Positions 20,600-30,882 of a stretch of 64,000 nucleotides of DNA are shown here, one piece after another. The position numbers and the translations under genes were made by a program. Within the stretch, counting starts at the first letter, position 1. The number at the start of each line of letters is the position of its first letter. The notes below the pieces were generated by a model. That model did not search any database. It was not told where the DNA came from and worked only from the letters and a program-made list of their open reading frames with translations. The DNA comes from a virus. Location: positions 1 to 64,000 of the IMG/VR virus record IMGVR_UViG_3300025128_000017; one strand, 5' to 3'.

Positions 20600-20770
20600 T
20601 TAATACCCCATATCCATTTTACTAGGAGTTATTCTAATATCCCCATTTTTAATTTTCATATACATCTCTACTGCTTCTTCTATACAATTATGACAAATCA
20701 TACCTTGACTACCGACAGTTTGCATTGCAATGGTAGTATTATACAGACTTGAACAACAACTACACTGCAT
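20600..20770 (-). CDS. 56-aa zinc-finger protein (not in track)
   Basis: MQCSCC...ICHNCI; tightly packed between its neighbours. Confidence 0.5.
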   Translation of the reverse strand: MQCSCCSSLYNTTIAMQTVGSQGMICHNCIEEAVEMYMKIKNGDIRITPSKMDMGY

Positions 20771-20922
20771 CTATTCTTCCTCCTCACACGTACATTTATT
20801 TAATTCCCATTCTTCTATTTTTAATTCATTACCTGTATAACCTTGACATAATTCACATTCTTCTAAATCACTGGCATCTACATCGAATGAATCAAAACCT
20901 ACAACCATATGATTTTCCAAAC

Positions 20923-21149
20923 TCATTGTAAAAACCCCCAATTTTTGTAAGTCAAACCTTGTAAAGCAACGCCTGTAAATGTACCTATCACGAATGTTGG
21001 TACTGTGATAAACATGAAACTGATAAGTGCTGCTGAAGCCCATATCCAATGATGTAGATGATACTTTTCTGTTTTTAGAGAAGGTACTCTAGGCACTGCC
21101 CATTTTGCTAAGGCGAAACCACCCAACACCGATAGACTATACAACAACA
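20923..21149 (-). CDS. Small membrane protein with HLHHW motif
   Basis: Hydrophobic segments; likely start MLLYSL directly after the upstream stop. Confidence 0.55.
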
Positions 21150-21332
21150 TTACTTTTCCTCCATGATTAACTTTTGCAAGTATATGCACAAATCCATCGC
21201 TTCCTCTTGGGCATGAATTAACCATTCTTTACGAGATAAATCAGTTCTTTCCATTGTAGTGTTATATTTACTTTCACCTAACTTTGCTCTTGCTTCTATT
21301 TTCTTTATTACTATATCTTCAATCTCACTCAT
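21150..21332 (-). CDS. Small all-alpha NTP pyrophosphohydrolase-like protein
   Basis: 'R..LG..KY...WL.HAQEEAMD...Y' with an EExxD motif. Confidence 0.5.
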   Translation of the reverse strand: MSEIEDIVIKKIEARAKLGESKYNTTMERTDLSRKEWLIHAQEEAMDLCIYLQKLIMEEK

Positions 21333-21334
21333 AT

Positions 21335-22093
21335 TTATTCCTCATGGTCTATTATAACAACTGTCTTTTCTGTTGTCTCTGTTGTTTGTTCTATTATCAG
21401 CACAGTAGAATCACCAAAGTGTATCTGTGCTGGTGTATTCGTATCTATCATACAGATACAAGGCAATAACCAAGCACCGAAATTAGACACTGCTGTGTGG
21501 TTTGGACCTTCTGCATTTTCAAGAGTTGCCGATGCAAATATAGATGCACCGTTTCTTTTGAAAGCATTCAGAACAAACTCATTCTCATCTGCATTTGCTT
21601 TAATTTGAAAATTTGAATCACTGGATATTAATTTACCCAATGATGATATTTTTACTATCTCATCGAAATTTACTGTGCCATGAACATCTAATGCCCCACG
21701 ACCAAAGTTCTGCCATTGATTTTCTCTTGATGCTTTTACTAATCTATCAAAAGTCGGCACTCTTTGAGAACTAATATTATCAAAACATGGTAATGTCATT
21801 TTCATGCTACCACATTGCAATGATAGCCTGTTACCTCTTCCTTGTTTTATTGTAACATCGTTTTTACATTTCTTCAAGAAAGCACTTGTCTTAGATAAAT
21901 CTGATACAACTAATTGCCCTGTTGATGTCGGAGTTACTGGTAATGTCTCTTTAAAAGAGAGGTAATGTGTCATGTAAGCAATCTTGAATGATATATCGTT
22001 TTCATTAACATGTAATATTACATCTGTTACATTTCCACCTAACATTGTTAAGTATCTAAGCCACTGTTTTGGTGGTAGTGTTAATTCAACCAT
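21335..22093 (-). CDS. PCNA-like sliding clamp
   Basis: ~252 aa, alternating alpha/beta pattern, directly downstream of PolB, RFC nearby; sequence is divergent. Confidence 0.55.
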   Translation of the reverse strand: MVELTLPPKQWLRYLTMLGGNVTDVILHVNENDISFKIAYMTHYLSFKETLPVTPTSTGQLVVSDLSKTSAFLKKCKNDVTIKQGRGNRLSLQCGSMKMTLPCFDNISSQRVPTFDRLVKASRENQWQNFGRGALDVHGTVNFDEIVKISSLGKLISSDSNFQIKANADENEFVLNAFKRNGASIFASATLENAEGPNHTAVSNFGAWLLPCICMIDTNTPAQIHFGDSTVLIIEQTTETTEKTVVIIDHEE

Positions 22094-22094
22094 A

Positions 22095-24443
22095 TTACCA
22101 ATACTCCTTTGGTTTTTTGTCACCACAAGCAAAACCTAAATCCCAATCTAATACTTTGTAAATAGGTTCTAGTTTCTTACGAATAAATTTCTCTACCATT
22201 AAATCATAATCTAATGAAAAATCTTTGATTTCATCTGCATCACGGAATGACACTACATTAGTCGTAGGGAAACCTTCAGGTACACCGTTAACATACACCC
22301 ATTGACCTGAATCGCCTACCCTAAACGGGTCATTAGTAGCCATGTGTTCATTGTAATACAAAGCACCTTTAGCACCATTCGGTGGTACTCTATCATAAGA
22401 TGCTTTACCTAATCTACCATAGGGTGCTAAATCCTCAATACTTTTTTCACCTTTCCTCAAGGCTAAAGATATCGGTCTAATTTCTTTACTTACATCATTT
22501 TCTTCTGCACCTTCGCTTATCATTCGGAACATAGTACGTTGAATGTCTCTTGTTAAAGGAGATGAGTTGGCCGCTTTCAGACCATAGCCTGTAACTTTCA
22601 AATCACCTTTCTTAGACTCCGGCCAAGTTATGATACCAAAGTTTCTATTCTTGCTACTAGCAGTAGTCCAATAGTCAAAGAATGCTTCAAACTCCACATC
22701 CATTAATGGCAGTTCTAATTCAGTTCTAATAGTCTTATTGAGATGTTCTACCAATGGTGGAACTTCTTCAAATGGTGCTTGTATATAGCACGAATCTGTA
22801 TGACCTGCTAGTACAGTATAGCCTTGTCTTTCTGCTTCTGTCATTAGTAGTGTAATACTCTCTCTACCCATACTTGTAATAGCCGCCCCAACGTCAGGGT
22901 CAGTCCACATACCACCTATCGCTGCTTGGCTAATATAGCCATAGATTGCGTTGGTGGTAACTTTAACCGCTAATTGCATCATATCATTTTTGAATTTATC
23001 ATCTTCATTAGTGGCTTCTTTGGCTAACTTTTTATATTCTTTACGTAATAACAACATATCCTCTACTATACTGGGTAATATGCCTTTTTCATCTTGTTCC
23101 CATCTACTACCGTCAGGTAACTGTCTGATGTTACCTTCAGTATCAAACTTACTTCTCTTAGTTGTAGGACATAAATTTAGACATACTATCAGTATTGGAT
23201 ATAGAGATGCGAAATCAACAAGTGCGACATTCTGATGTCTACCTGCTTTAGTTTCTAATACATGTGCAGCAGTTAAAGAATCTCTTTGTCTATTGTACAT
23301 AGATGGTGCTTTCAAATCAGAATACCTACCGAACAATCCTCGAACATAATTAGTAACTCTATGAACAGATTGAAATCTTACTCCACAGAATTGTTGCATT
23401 GCAACTAAGAAAGGTATAGCATTTAGTTTCTCATCACATTGACGTAATAGTGTAGTATCTCTCAAACAATAATCTACAAATAAATCAAAGTGAGTGTACC
23501 ACCATGTGCGAACATCTAACTTGTTGCCATCCTCATCTTCATCAATCTTTCCACCTAAACCTAGTGCTTTGGCTATAGTATCTAATTTTCTACTCGGTAA
23601 TTGCCCTCTACCTGACTTAATCCATAGAGTTTCAAATCCTGAACCAGTCATACCTTTAGCAGCACTATCAAAGCACAACCTACCTTTGATTGGTTGTTGT
23701 GTTTCCTTGTAGCCATACTTAGCGTGAGGCTTTACAATTTCACCTATTGGTGACAATCTTCGAGGGTCAGGTAGTCTTTCCATCATTTTGGGGATGTCAG
23801 CCCAGTGACCAGCATGAGCAGTGAGTATATCGGGGTCACATTCTTCTAAATGGTCTAAAAATGCATTGCACATGTCAGTTTCATTATCATAAAGATATAA
23901 CATGTAACCGCCTTCTCTATCAATCCAATCGACAGTATGTTCTTGATTCTCTCTCCATGCGAAAACCACAGGGTGTTCAGCATGACTATCATCAATAGCC
24001 ATAACTGTTAGGAAGCCATCGTTTACATCCCACTCCAAATCGTAATACCAAATTCGTGGTACAAACTCAGGTATCTTTTCAGGATAGGTCTGCAATAAAT
24101 ATTGGTCTTCATATGGCATATCTGCTTCATATGTATCAATCTCTTTCTTGATATCCCAAAAAGCACGAGGGTTAGGTACAATCATTTTCTTCAATTGTTT
24201 ACCATCTAACCCTTCGGCTCTTTGTTCTTCATCTACATATACACCTTGATACCTAGACATCACTCTACCTAGTCTTCGAGGATTAGTATCAACAGGTATC
24301 CAACAATGTGGTTTCACATACTTGTCATCGTCAGGACTTATCATGTTCACGTACAAGTTACCATTGGCATCTCTTGTACGCTCATACAAATGAGGAAATG
24401 ATATCTCATCAAATCCATTTGGATAGTAATAGTCTATAATCAA
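22095..24443 (-). CDS. polB: Family B DNA polymerase
   Basis: 'YDLE' exonuclease motif, 'DFASLYP', 'KVTTNAIYG', 'GHTDS'. Confidence 0.95.
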   Translation of the reverse strand: MIIDYYYPNGFDEISFPHLYERTRDANGNLYVNMISPDDDKYVKPHCWIPVDTNPRRLGRVMSRYQGVYVDEEQRAEGLDGKQLKKMIVPNPRAFWDIKKEIDTYEADMPYEDQYLLQTYPEKIPEFVPRIWYYDLEWDVNDGFLTVMAIDDSHAEHPVVFAWRENQEHTVDWIDREGGYMLYLYDNETDMCNAFLDHLEECDPDILTAHAGHWADIPKMMERLPDPRRLSPIGEIVKPHAKYGYKETQQPIKGRLCFDSAAKGMTGSGFETLWIKSGRGQLPSRKLDTIAKALGLGGKIDEDEDGNKLDVRTWWYTHFDLFVDYCLRDTTLLRQCDEKLNAIPFLVAMQQFCGVRFQSVHRVTNYVRGLFGRYSDLKAPSMYNRQRDSLTAAHVLETKAGRHQNVALVDFASLYPILIVCLNLCPTTKRSKFDTEGNIRQLPDGSRWEQDEKGILPSIVEDMLLLRKEYKKLAKEATNEDDKFKNDMMQLAVKVTTNAIYGYISQAAIGGMWTDPDVGAAITSMGRESITLLMTEAERQGYTVLAGHTDSCYIQAPFEEVPPLVEHLNKTIRTELELPLMDVEFEAFFDYWTTASSKNRNFGIITWPESKKGDLKVTGYGLKAANSSPLTRDIQRTMFRMISEGAEENDVSKEIRPISLALRKGEKSIEDLAPYGRLGKASYDRVPPNGAKGALYYNEHMATNDPFRVGDSGQWVYVNGVPEGFPTTNVVSFRDADEIKDFSLDYDLMVEKFIRKKLEPIYKVLDWDLGFACGDKKPKEYW

Positions 24444-24451
24444 ACTAACAC

Positions 24452-25411
24452 CTACAATGTGCCATCGTTTAATTCAGGTAGTCCGTAGAAGATAGGTGCT
24501 TTACCTACTTCTGTTACTAAGACTGTCCTCTTCTGTCCTTGTAAACCTGCATCCGTTTTACTCTTTTCAAAAGAAGCAGTGAACCTTTGTATCAGGACAT
24601 TGCCTTCTTCATCGAGCGTATCTTCTCTTTCCATTTTAATGATTTGGAATAAGAAATTGTTGGTACTCTTTTCCCAAGCGGGCTTCCATGAAGCATTTGC
24701 CTCATTTGCACCAAGTGCATAATTAGTTAGAGACAAATGTGTTTCCATAAACACTTTAGTTCCTCTCTTTACTAATGCTCTACACAAAGATACTAACTGT
24801 TGGAATCTAGTTTTTCTTATGCTCCAATCCCACTGGCTGCCTACTCTTTGTCCATCTCCAGCACCTCTTACGTCCGATGCACTAATCGCATCGCTCGCCA
24901 ATCCTAAGTCGTTTATCCTCATATTATTAACACATACTGCATCCCATTGGTCTACACCAGTGATAAGTAAACCCCATATATTACCACTATTTTTTATAGC
25001 GAATTGCATTATTTGCATTACTCGATTGTGTGTAGCATCATAGTCAATAGCAGTTCTATTTCCTGTCATATATACATAAGGCTCAAAAGATTTGATACCA
25101 GTATTTTCAGGATAGAATGCACTTTTGTTAGCGAACCCACCACCGTCAAAATCTAGTAACCATAGTTGTTTAGGTTCTTCATTATCTTCCCAATACTTGT
25201 TGTAAGCAGCAGTCACGATAGCAGTTTTACAAGTGTTTTCGTGACCGATTATACCAGCAAAGGTATGTGTGTTCAACGTAGGTTGTTCTGCATCTAGTTC
25301 AGCCTGTAAAGCAGCAAAAGGGTCTGCTCTTTCATGGGCAGGTAGTTCTGCGTCTGCTAAGGTTTCTGCTAAGGCTTCTTGTGCCTTCTTAGTCTGTCCA
25401 AAGCCAGCCAT
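24452..25411 (-). CDS. RecA/RadA-superfamily (Sak4/AAA_24-like) ATPase
   Basis: Walker-A-like 'GHENTCKT', 'LDFDGG', Walker-B-like 'LLITGVD', 'FMETH'. Confidence 0.65.
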   Translation of the reverse strand: MAGFGQTKKAQEALAETLADAELPAHERADPFAALQAELDAEQPTLNTHTFAGIIGHENTCKTAIVTAAYNKYWEDNEEPKQLWLLDFDGGGFANKSAFYPENTGIKSFEPYVYMTGNRTAIDYDATHNRVMQIMQFAIKNSGNIWGLLITGVDQWDAVCVNNMRINDLGLASDAISASDVRGAGDGQRVGSQWDWSIRKTRFQQLVSLCRALVKRGTKVFMETHLSLTNYALGANEANASWKPAWEKSTNNFLFQIIKMEREDTLDEEGNVLIQRFTASFEKSKTDAGLQGQKRTVLVTEVGKAPIFYGLPELNDGTL

Positions 25412-26115
25412 TACTCTTCCTCCTCATTTGGGTCTATGACTTTACAATAAGTGCCGTATAACCAAAGAGGAATCTTCTCCTTAGTAACGGGGTCAACACT
25501 ACCTATTAGCAAACCTTGTTCACCTGCATCAGCCATTTCCATCATTTCCCTACGTGTAAGTGCTTGAATTATATCGCCTTCCCTATTCATGTATCTCATG
25601 AACGCTTTGTCATCAGTAAGTAAATGATAATCGTCAGGGTCAATCTCTACATGTTCACCAGTGTTTGGGTTCAATAACCTGTAAGCCCATATCTCTATCT
25701 CTTGTGTATCTCCACCTTCTAGTAAAACATCTTCCATTTTTATAAATTCAGGGAATGTATTGTAGGGATTCATGTCAATTAGTTTTGTACCATCTTTATC
25801 AGCCCAACTTTTAGCAATCTGTTTCTTTTCTTCAACTTCCATACGTTGTGCTTCTTCTAAAGTTGCTGGCGGCTCTTTCCATTCCGTATTCTTTTCATTA
25901 AGAGAATATCCTAAATCAAACATAACAGTTCGTATTCCATGCAATGTTTCAATACAAGCAGGGTGCTGTATTGCTTTCTGTAATGTCCACTCTTTAGTAT
26001 CTGTTTTCAAGAAAATTAATCCTGTTCCGTCAGGACTCCAAACACCGCCCAAAGGGGAATGTGCAAAATGTTCTTTCGCCCAATCAACAACTCTAGGGTC
26101 TGTCCAATTACTCAT
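25411..26115 (-). CDS. Hypothetical protein (replication block)
   Basis: Likely start MSNWTD with GGTGA RBS. Confidence 0.6.
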   Translation of the reverse strand: MSNWTDPRVVDWAKEHFAHSPLGGVWSPDGTGLIFLKTDTKEWTLQKAIQHPACIETLHGIRTVMFDLGYSLNEKNTEWKEPPATLEEAQRMEVEEKKQIAKSWADKDGTKLIDMNPYNTFPEFIKMEDVLLEGGDTQEIEIWAYRLLNPNTGEHVEIDPDDYHLLTDDKAFMRYMNREGDIIQALTRREMMEMADAGEQGLLIGSVDPVTKEKIPLWLYGTYCKVIDPNEEEE

Positions 26116-26335
26116 TTGATTCACCTTGCTCAGATTCATCAACGGGTGCTTGAACCTCAGCAAAGTCTGCTCTAAGAGCATTCATGAGTGTGTTTACATC
26201 GTTGGCAAATTGCTCTAATCTTCTCATGATTAGAAGTCTATTACCAGCAAGGTTACGCACCCTATCAAGTTCCGCTTTCAACATTATATTCTCTTGTTCT
26301 ACATTTATTTCTTGTTTATCATTATTTTCAGTCAT
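26108..26335 (-). CDS. Short coiled-coil protein
   Basis: 75 aa with heptad pattern; GAGGTG RBS. Confidence 0.55.
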   Translation of the reverse strand: MTENNDKQEINVEQENIMLKAELDRVRNLAGNRLLIMRRLEQFANDVNTLMNALRADFAEVQAPVDESEQGESNE

Positions 26336-26345
26336 TTATTTCACC

Positions 26346-27674
26346 TCAATCAAATTGTCCTAAGTCTGTATCTCCACCACTAACTCTAGGTCTAGCCCTT
26401 CGTTGGTTTGTGTAGATACCCATAACGGTTAACTTTGGAATTTTACTATCATTTCTTTGTTGCATACCTATTCTACCGAATATTAACACAGTGGATTTTT
26501 CAGCATACTCAAATCTTTCACCTTCACTATCTACAAAAGAGAATGGGTGAGTTAAATCATAACATGCACTAGAAACGTTACATAATACTTCAGCACCATC
26601 TCCACCGCCGTATGTACTTTGTAGTTCTGATGATGTAAGACTCAAACTGTATGATATACCGGATTCATCGTATTCGGTTTCTCTTCCTTCTGTGCTCAGT
26701 CTGTTTACTGTTCCCTTTGTGATTACCAGTGGACCAACTTTACCTTGTCCATCTGCTGTTTGGAATGTTCTTAATCCACTTTCGTAAGCATCACCTAATT
26801 CTTCTATTCTAGTGAACATGTCTGTAAAGTCATCAGTAGTCCAAAATTTGAATGGCTCAAGTAAAGGTCTCATTTCCACTGGTACAAATTCATTAGTATA
26901 GTTTATACTATCAACAAAGCCAGTATTTGTATCCAAAACATCTTCAAAACCTGCTCTCGCATTATCAGAAGGTGGCTTTGCTTTGATAACGCATGGTTGT
27001 CCTATGTTTAGAGAGCGTTCCATATCATCTCCTGTGATGTCTACACGCCACATTTTTATGTCGCCATTGTCAACAAATTCTTTTTGCTCGTTACCGAGGA
27101 AATATGCATACCTGCCGAATTGAACATGAGGGTATGGATAACCTTTCTTTGATACGAAACAAATGTATTGATTGTTACCAGCAGGAATACCCATACTTGG
27201 TGTTTCTGTTATCATTTCAGATGTTTCAATAATTCCACCAGCAGTATTGATGACCCAATGACCATCTTGTTTTTCATAGACTCCACCTTTTCCATCTGAC
27301 ACAAACGCATTAGGGTCTTCTTTGTATTGTCTGACCATCCAATTAGCCAGTCCTTTTCTACGGTCTCCTGCTTTATTAGCAACACCTAAGAAATGACCAA
27401 CGTATGTTTGTGTTCCAACACCACCACTCACTGTGCTGCTTCTTAGCATAGTAGCAAATTGTTCAGCCCAATCAAGAACTAAATCTTCATCTTCTTCCTG
27501 CCAGTTATCACAACTATAATTGGTCTTGATATAATCAAAGAAACCTTCCTTGACAACGGGTAATGTTTCCCCAGTTCTTTCAGAGTGTTTCTCCAATCTC
27601 TCCATTACCCCTTGAGGTAACTCTTTCGTCATATTTTCTTCTTTCATTTTTTTAAACGGGTTTTCTTCATTCAT
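26346..27674 (-). CDS. Putative ssDNA-binding protein (RPA/OB-fold-like)
   Basis: 442 aa with beta-rich C-terminal half and acidic tail 'GDTDLGQFD'; position next to the recombination ATPase. Confidence 0.5.
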   Translation of the reverse strand: MNEENPFKKMKEENMTKELPQGVMERLEKHSERTGETLPVVKEGFFDYIKTNYSCDNWQEEDEDLVLDWAEQFATMLRSSTVSGGVGTQTYVGHFLGVANKAGDRRKGLANWMVRQYKEDPNAFVSDGKGGVYEKQDGHWVINTAGGIIETSEMITETPSMGIPAGNNQYICFVSKKGYPYPHVQFGRYAYFLGNEQKEFVDNGDIKMWRVDITGDDMERSLNIGQPCVIKAKPPSDNARAGFEDVLDTNTGFVDSINYTNEFVPVEMRPLLEPFKFWTTDDFTDMFTRIEELGDAYESGLRTFQTADGQGKVGPLVITKGTVNRLSTEGRETEYDESGISYSLSLTSSELQSTYGGGDGAEVLCNVSSACYDLTHPFSFVDSEGERFEYAEKSTVLIFGRIGMQQRNDSKIPKLTVMGIYTNQRRARPRVSGGDTDLGQFD

Positions 27675-27796
27675 TTTTTTTCATCTCCTTCAAGATTTTT
27701 TTAACAGTATCATGTAAATTCATGATTTCTAATCTATTCTCCATTATTGCGGAACGCAATGTTATTCCTAGTTCTTCAAAATCTATCGCTCTTATA

Positions 27797-28729
27797 CTAC
27801 TCATCTTTTTTTCCTTCCTTCATCTTTGCTACCAAATAATCACAGAATGCATAATCTCCAGCGGGCCATGCATAGACGTGAAGTAAAACATCGCCATACG
27901 CTTTCATTATGTCATATCTGAATTTCTTTCTTATTTGGTTGTAGAGACCTTGTAACAGGTTTCGTAGGGGAACTCCGTCATCCAATCCTCTATGAAGGTT
28001 GTTACGAATTTTATCCCATTCATTGTTCTCAACATATTCCATTATGTTTTCATCTTGTAATTTTTGTAGTCTCAATAATCTTGATTTTAGTGCATCGGGT
28101 TTTGGTGGTAATGTCTCTAATAAATTAATAGATGCTCTCAAATCCCCATGCATAGTTTCCACTAACAAAGGTAAATCTTGACCCCAAGTTGTAGTTGTAG
28201 GAATTTGCATTGCTGCTAAAATATCCCAAAGTCTCGCAGCACCCTCTTCATTTGAAATAGGTTTGAATTGATAGACACTACACCTACTTTTGATAGCAGG
28301 TGTAATTTTAGATTCATCGTTAGCAGTTAAAATCACCAAAGCATTTCTACTGTAAGATTCTATCAATTGTCTCATACTGTCTTGTGCTGCTTTTGTTAAT
28401 CCATCGGCTTCATCTATGAGAATTACTTTTCTTTTAGCACCAACAGGTTTAGTTCGTAAAGCATTTTTTAAATCAACTCTTACGAAATCAATTCCTCTAT
28501 CATCAGAACCATTTGTCTCTATGTAATTCATGTCATCGAAGAAATCATCTAAGACATTTCTACCGATAATTCTAGCAGCACTGGTTTTTCCCGTACCTGA
28601 AGGTCCAACAAATAGTAAAGCAGTAGGCCATCTTCTGTTATTTTTCCAAGTTTGCATATCGTTAGTTAGTGTGGATTGACCGACTAAATCTGTAATTCGT
28701 ATCGGTCTTGTAGTTTCCACCCAACTCAT
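27797..28729 (-). CDS. rfcS: Replication factor C small subunit (clamp loader)
   Basis: 'WVETTRP', 'GPSGTGKT', 'NGSDDRG', 'DEADGL', 'SRC'. Confidence 0.92.
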   Translation of the reverse strand: MSWVETTRPIRITDLVGQSTLTNDMQTWKNNRRWPTALLFVGPSGTGKTSAARIIGRNVLDDFFDDMNYIETNGSDDRGIDFVRVDLKNALRTKPVGAKRKVILIDEADGLTKAAQDSMRQLIESYSRNALVILTANDESKITPAIKSRCSVYQFKPISNEEGAARLWDILAAMQIPTTTTWGQDLPLLVETMHGDLRASINLLETLPPKPDALKSRLLRLQKLQDENIMEYVENNEWDKIRNNLHRGLDDGVPLRNLLQGLYNQIRKKFRYDIMKAYGDVLLHVYAWPAGDYAFCDYLVAKMKEGKKDE

Positions 28730-28744
28730 AATTTACTTACGATG

Positions 28745-28761
28745 TGTTCTTTTATATACTG
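28745..28761 (-). promoter_or_regulatory. Repeated promoter CAGTATATAAAAGAACA
   Basis: Exact 17-mer; RFC ATG 16 nt downstream. Confidence 0.85.
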
Positions 28762-28770
28762 TTGATTTTT

Positions 28771-30126
28771 TTAGACCATTATATCTACCATTTGAACTAC
28801 GTCTTGTATCCCTTTGTCATATTGAATGCTCATAAAATAACCATCTATCATCTGAGGTAAAACGTCTTTAGTGAAACTAAGCACTGAAACAGAAAGAACG
28901 ATGCAAATTTCATCAGGTATGATGCAATCATCTTGATTTTCTATAATCATTTGTCTCTTAATTGCATCCCAAATCACAGTCTTGTCAGTCAGTCTATCGG
29001 TTGTAATTTCTCCTATTGTAAAGAAATCAACACCGTCTAAGGCTTCAACTTCTATTATTATATTACCATTTTCTTTTCTAACTCTATTCAACCTTACATC
29101 ATAAAGATGAGAACTTTTAACTAGAATATAACCACCGTAATGATTTGGATTGTATTTCTTGTTGTGAGGGATTCTAATGACTCCTTCTTTGTGTTCAGGG
29201 TCATACTTTAACAAATCTGAAATTGTTTTTACATCTTTCAGTTTTCTTAACTTATTAATTACTAAGTGGTCTTGTTCTTCACTCAACTTTTTTAACCTAG
29301 ACTTTAGTGTTAGTTCAGGGTGTTTGAAATATATTACATCGAGAATTTTCATCTCACTATCAATTTCTACCCATATTTTTTCTTCATAATTTAAACATTT
29401 CATTTTTGTTATACCGTCTTTTGGGAGTATTTGATAATCAATTTTCATATCGGTTATATCGTCACCTGTCCATCTTTCATATGTTCTTCTTTTCAATTCT
29501 ATATCCATTTCAAACCATTTCTTCTTTGAATATGTATAGAAGTTTTTATCAGTCATAGCCATCGTTAATATTTGAAAATGACTTTTATTATCACTCAATA
29601 AATTACTTAACAAATCAGATGCTTCTACATACTCTATTTCTAATCTTTGTTTTATCAGAAAAGTTAGAAATTTATTTTTTGTAATAGGTGGATAGCCGAG
29701 AAAACAAGCCCATGTTAATTCATTTTCTAATTTAGTTAAATTTCTCGCTAACCTGATGAATTTAGGTTTTATCCCATTTGCTTTTCTCTCTAAAATACTT
29801 CTAGCAGTAACATCAGTCCAAGCATCATAATATGATTCATGATTTCTTAATTCACTTTCTGAAGTTAATGCTAAACTTAGTTTCTTCCATAAAGGCATAG
29901 AGTCATTACCAAATGATTTCAATACTTCTTCTAAGACTGGTTCAAAAACATTCATCTCATCTGCTATATCTGAAAGCATAACTGTTGCTTTATATGGTAC
30001 TTCAGGAAACAATACGTAGTACACCCATTTAGCCTGTACATAGGTTTCAATAAAAGATGTATCAAAAGTCCCTTTGTATTGTTTTAATCTTGTCGCTAAG
30101 TCTAATAATTTATTATCAATAACCAT
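28771..30126 (-). CDS. Degenerate ATP-dependent DNA ligase-like protein
   Basis: Motif IV-like 'EGVI', motif V-like 'YNPNHYGGYILVK', OB-like C-terminus; no canonical KxDG. Start MVIDNK has a GGAGG RBS. Confidence 0.5.
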   Translation of the reverse strand: MVIDNKLLDLATRLKQYKGTFDTSFIETYVQAKWVYYVLFPEVPYKATVMLSDIADEMNVFEPVLEEVLKSFGNDSMPLWKKLSLALTSESELRNHESYYDAWTDVTARSILERKANGIKPKFIRLARNLTKLENELTWACFLGYPPITKNKFLTFLIKQRLEIEYVEASDLLSNLLSDNKSHFQILTMAMTDKNFYTYSKKKWFEMDIELKRRTYERWTGDDITDMKIDYQILPKDGITKMKCLNYEEKIWVEIDSEMKILDVIYFKHPELTLKSRLKKLSEEQDHLVINKLRKLKDVKTISDLLKYDPEHKEGVIRIPHNKKYNPNHYGGYILVKSSHLYDVRLNRVRKENGNIIIEVEALDGVDFFTIGEITTDRLTDKTVIWDAIKRQMIIENQDDCIIPDEICIVLSVSVLSFTKDVLPQMIDGYFMSIQYDKGIQDVVQMVDIMV

Positions 30127-30391
30127 ATCTTTCCCTCCAAACGTGTGGTTTGGGTTGGGTAGAGACTCCATATAATTCTTTAGTAAGGTCAATCATCGTG
30201 TCTAAAGTAATACCAACTTTGTATTTTTTCCCTATAATGTATATACAATCTATTAAGAGACATTGATTGTTTCTTATGGTATCCCAATTTTTATCTCTTG
30301 AAACTTTATAGAACATATCTAGTGCTTCATGAACTTGATTAGGTGTTAAATCTATTAATAAACCTAAATGATATGCTTTTCTTTCATTCAC
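30116..30391 (-). CDS. Single TFB/TFIIB cyclin-repeat-like protein
   Basis: 'L.LTPNQVHEALDMFYKV...R...LLIDCIYIIGKKYKVGITL' parallels the TFIIB repeat pattern. Confidence 0.5.
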   Translation of the reverse strand: MNERKAYHLGLLIDLTPNQVHEALDMFYKVSRDKNWDTIRNNQCLLIDCIYIIGKKYKVGITLDTMIDLTKELYGVSTQPKPHVWRERYGY

Positions 30392-30791
30392 GCTTAATCA
30401 CCTGTGGTAAAAAACCATATGTTGCATCTTCCCAAGCAATTAAAGCATCGTTTGGGTTTGTTGTTTTTGCTTTCTTCATGTCGAATGGATTAACAAGAAC
30501 TCTAACAAATGGAACAAAATTTTTGGTATCTTTCAAACCATTTTCTAAAACTCTTTCATCTATGTAATTTTGTAAGTAGTAACATATCTTTTTTAAATCT
30601 ATATTTCTGTTAAAACTCTTCTTCCATTTCATGTCCATAAAGTTTGACTCATTTAGTACAAACAGTATATCCTCCGGTACTGTTATTCTTTGTCTTATTC
30701 TGAAACCTAATTTACTATCAACTCTCTTTTCCATCCAAGTATGAAATCTAACTTCTCTCAGAAACATACCAACTGCAATTTCTTCATTCAT
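30384..30791 (-). CDS. Hypothetical protein, possible degenerate LAGLIDADG fold
   Basis: 'FHTWMEKRVDSKLGFRIRQRITV' resembles the LAGLIDADG beta-hairpin; catalytic helix not canonical. Confidence 0.35.
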   Translation of the reverse strand: MNEEIAVGMFLREVRFHTWMEKRVDSKLGFRIRQRITVPEDILFVLNESNFMDMKWKKSFNRNIDLKKICYYLQNYIDERVLENGLKDTKNFVPFVRVLVNPFDMKKAKTTNPNDALIAWEDATYGFLPQVIKRE

Positions 30792-30882
30792 CGGTTAACC
30801 TCCTTACATTTAGGACACTTTCTTTTTCTATCATGACCCCAATGAACGTCAGCCTTACACCATCTGCATAGTAGATTATTCC

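Noticed and set aside
22095-24443. Intein or intron in PolB
   Set aside because: Length and motif spacing are normal; no splice motifs seen.
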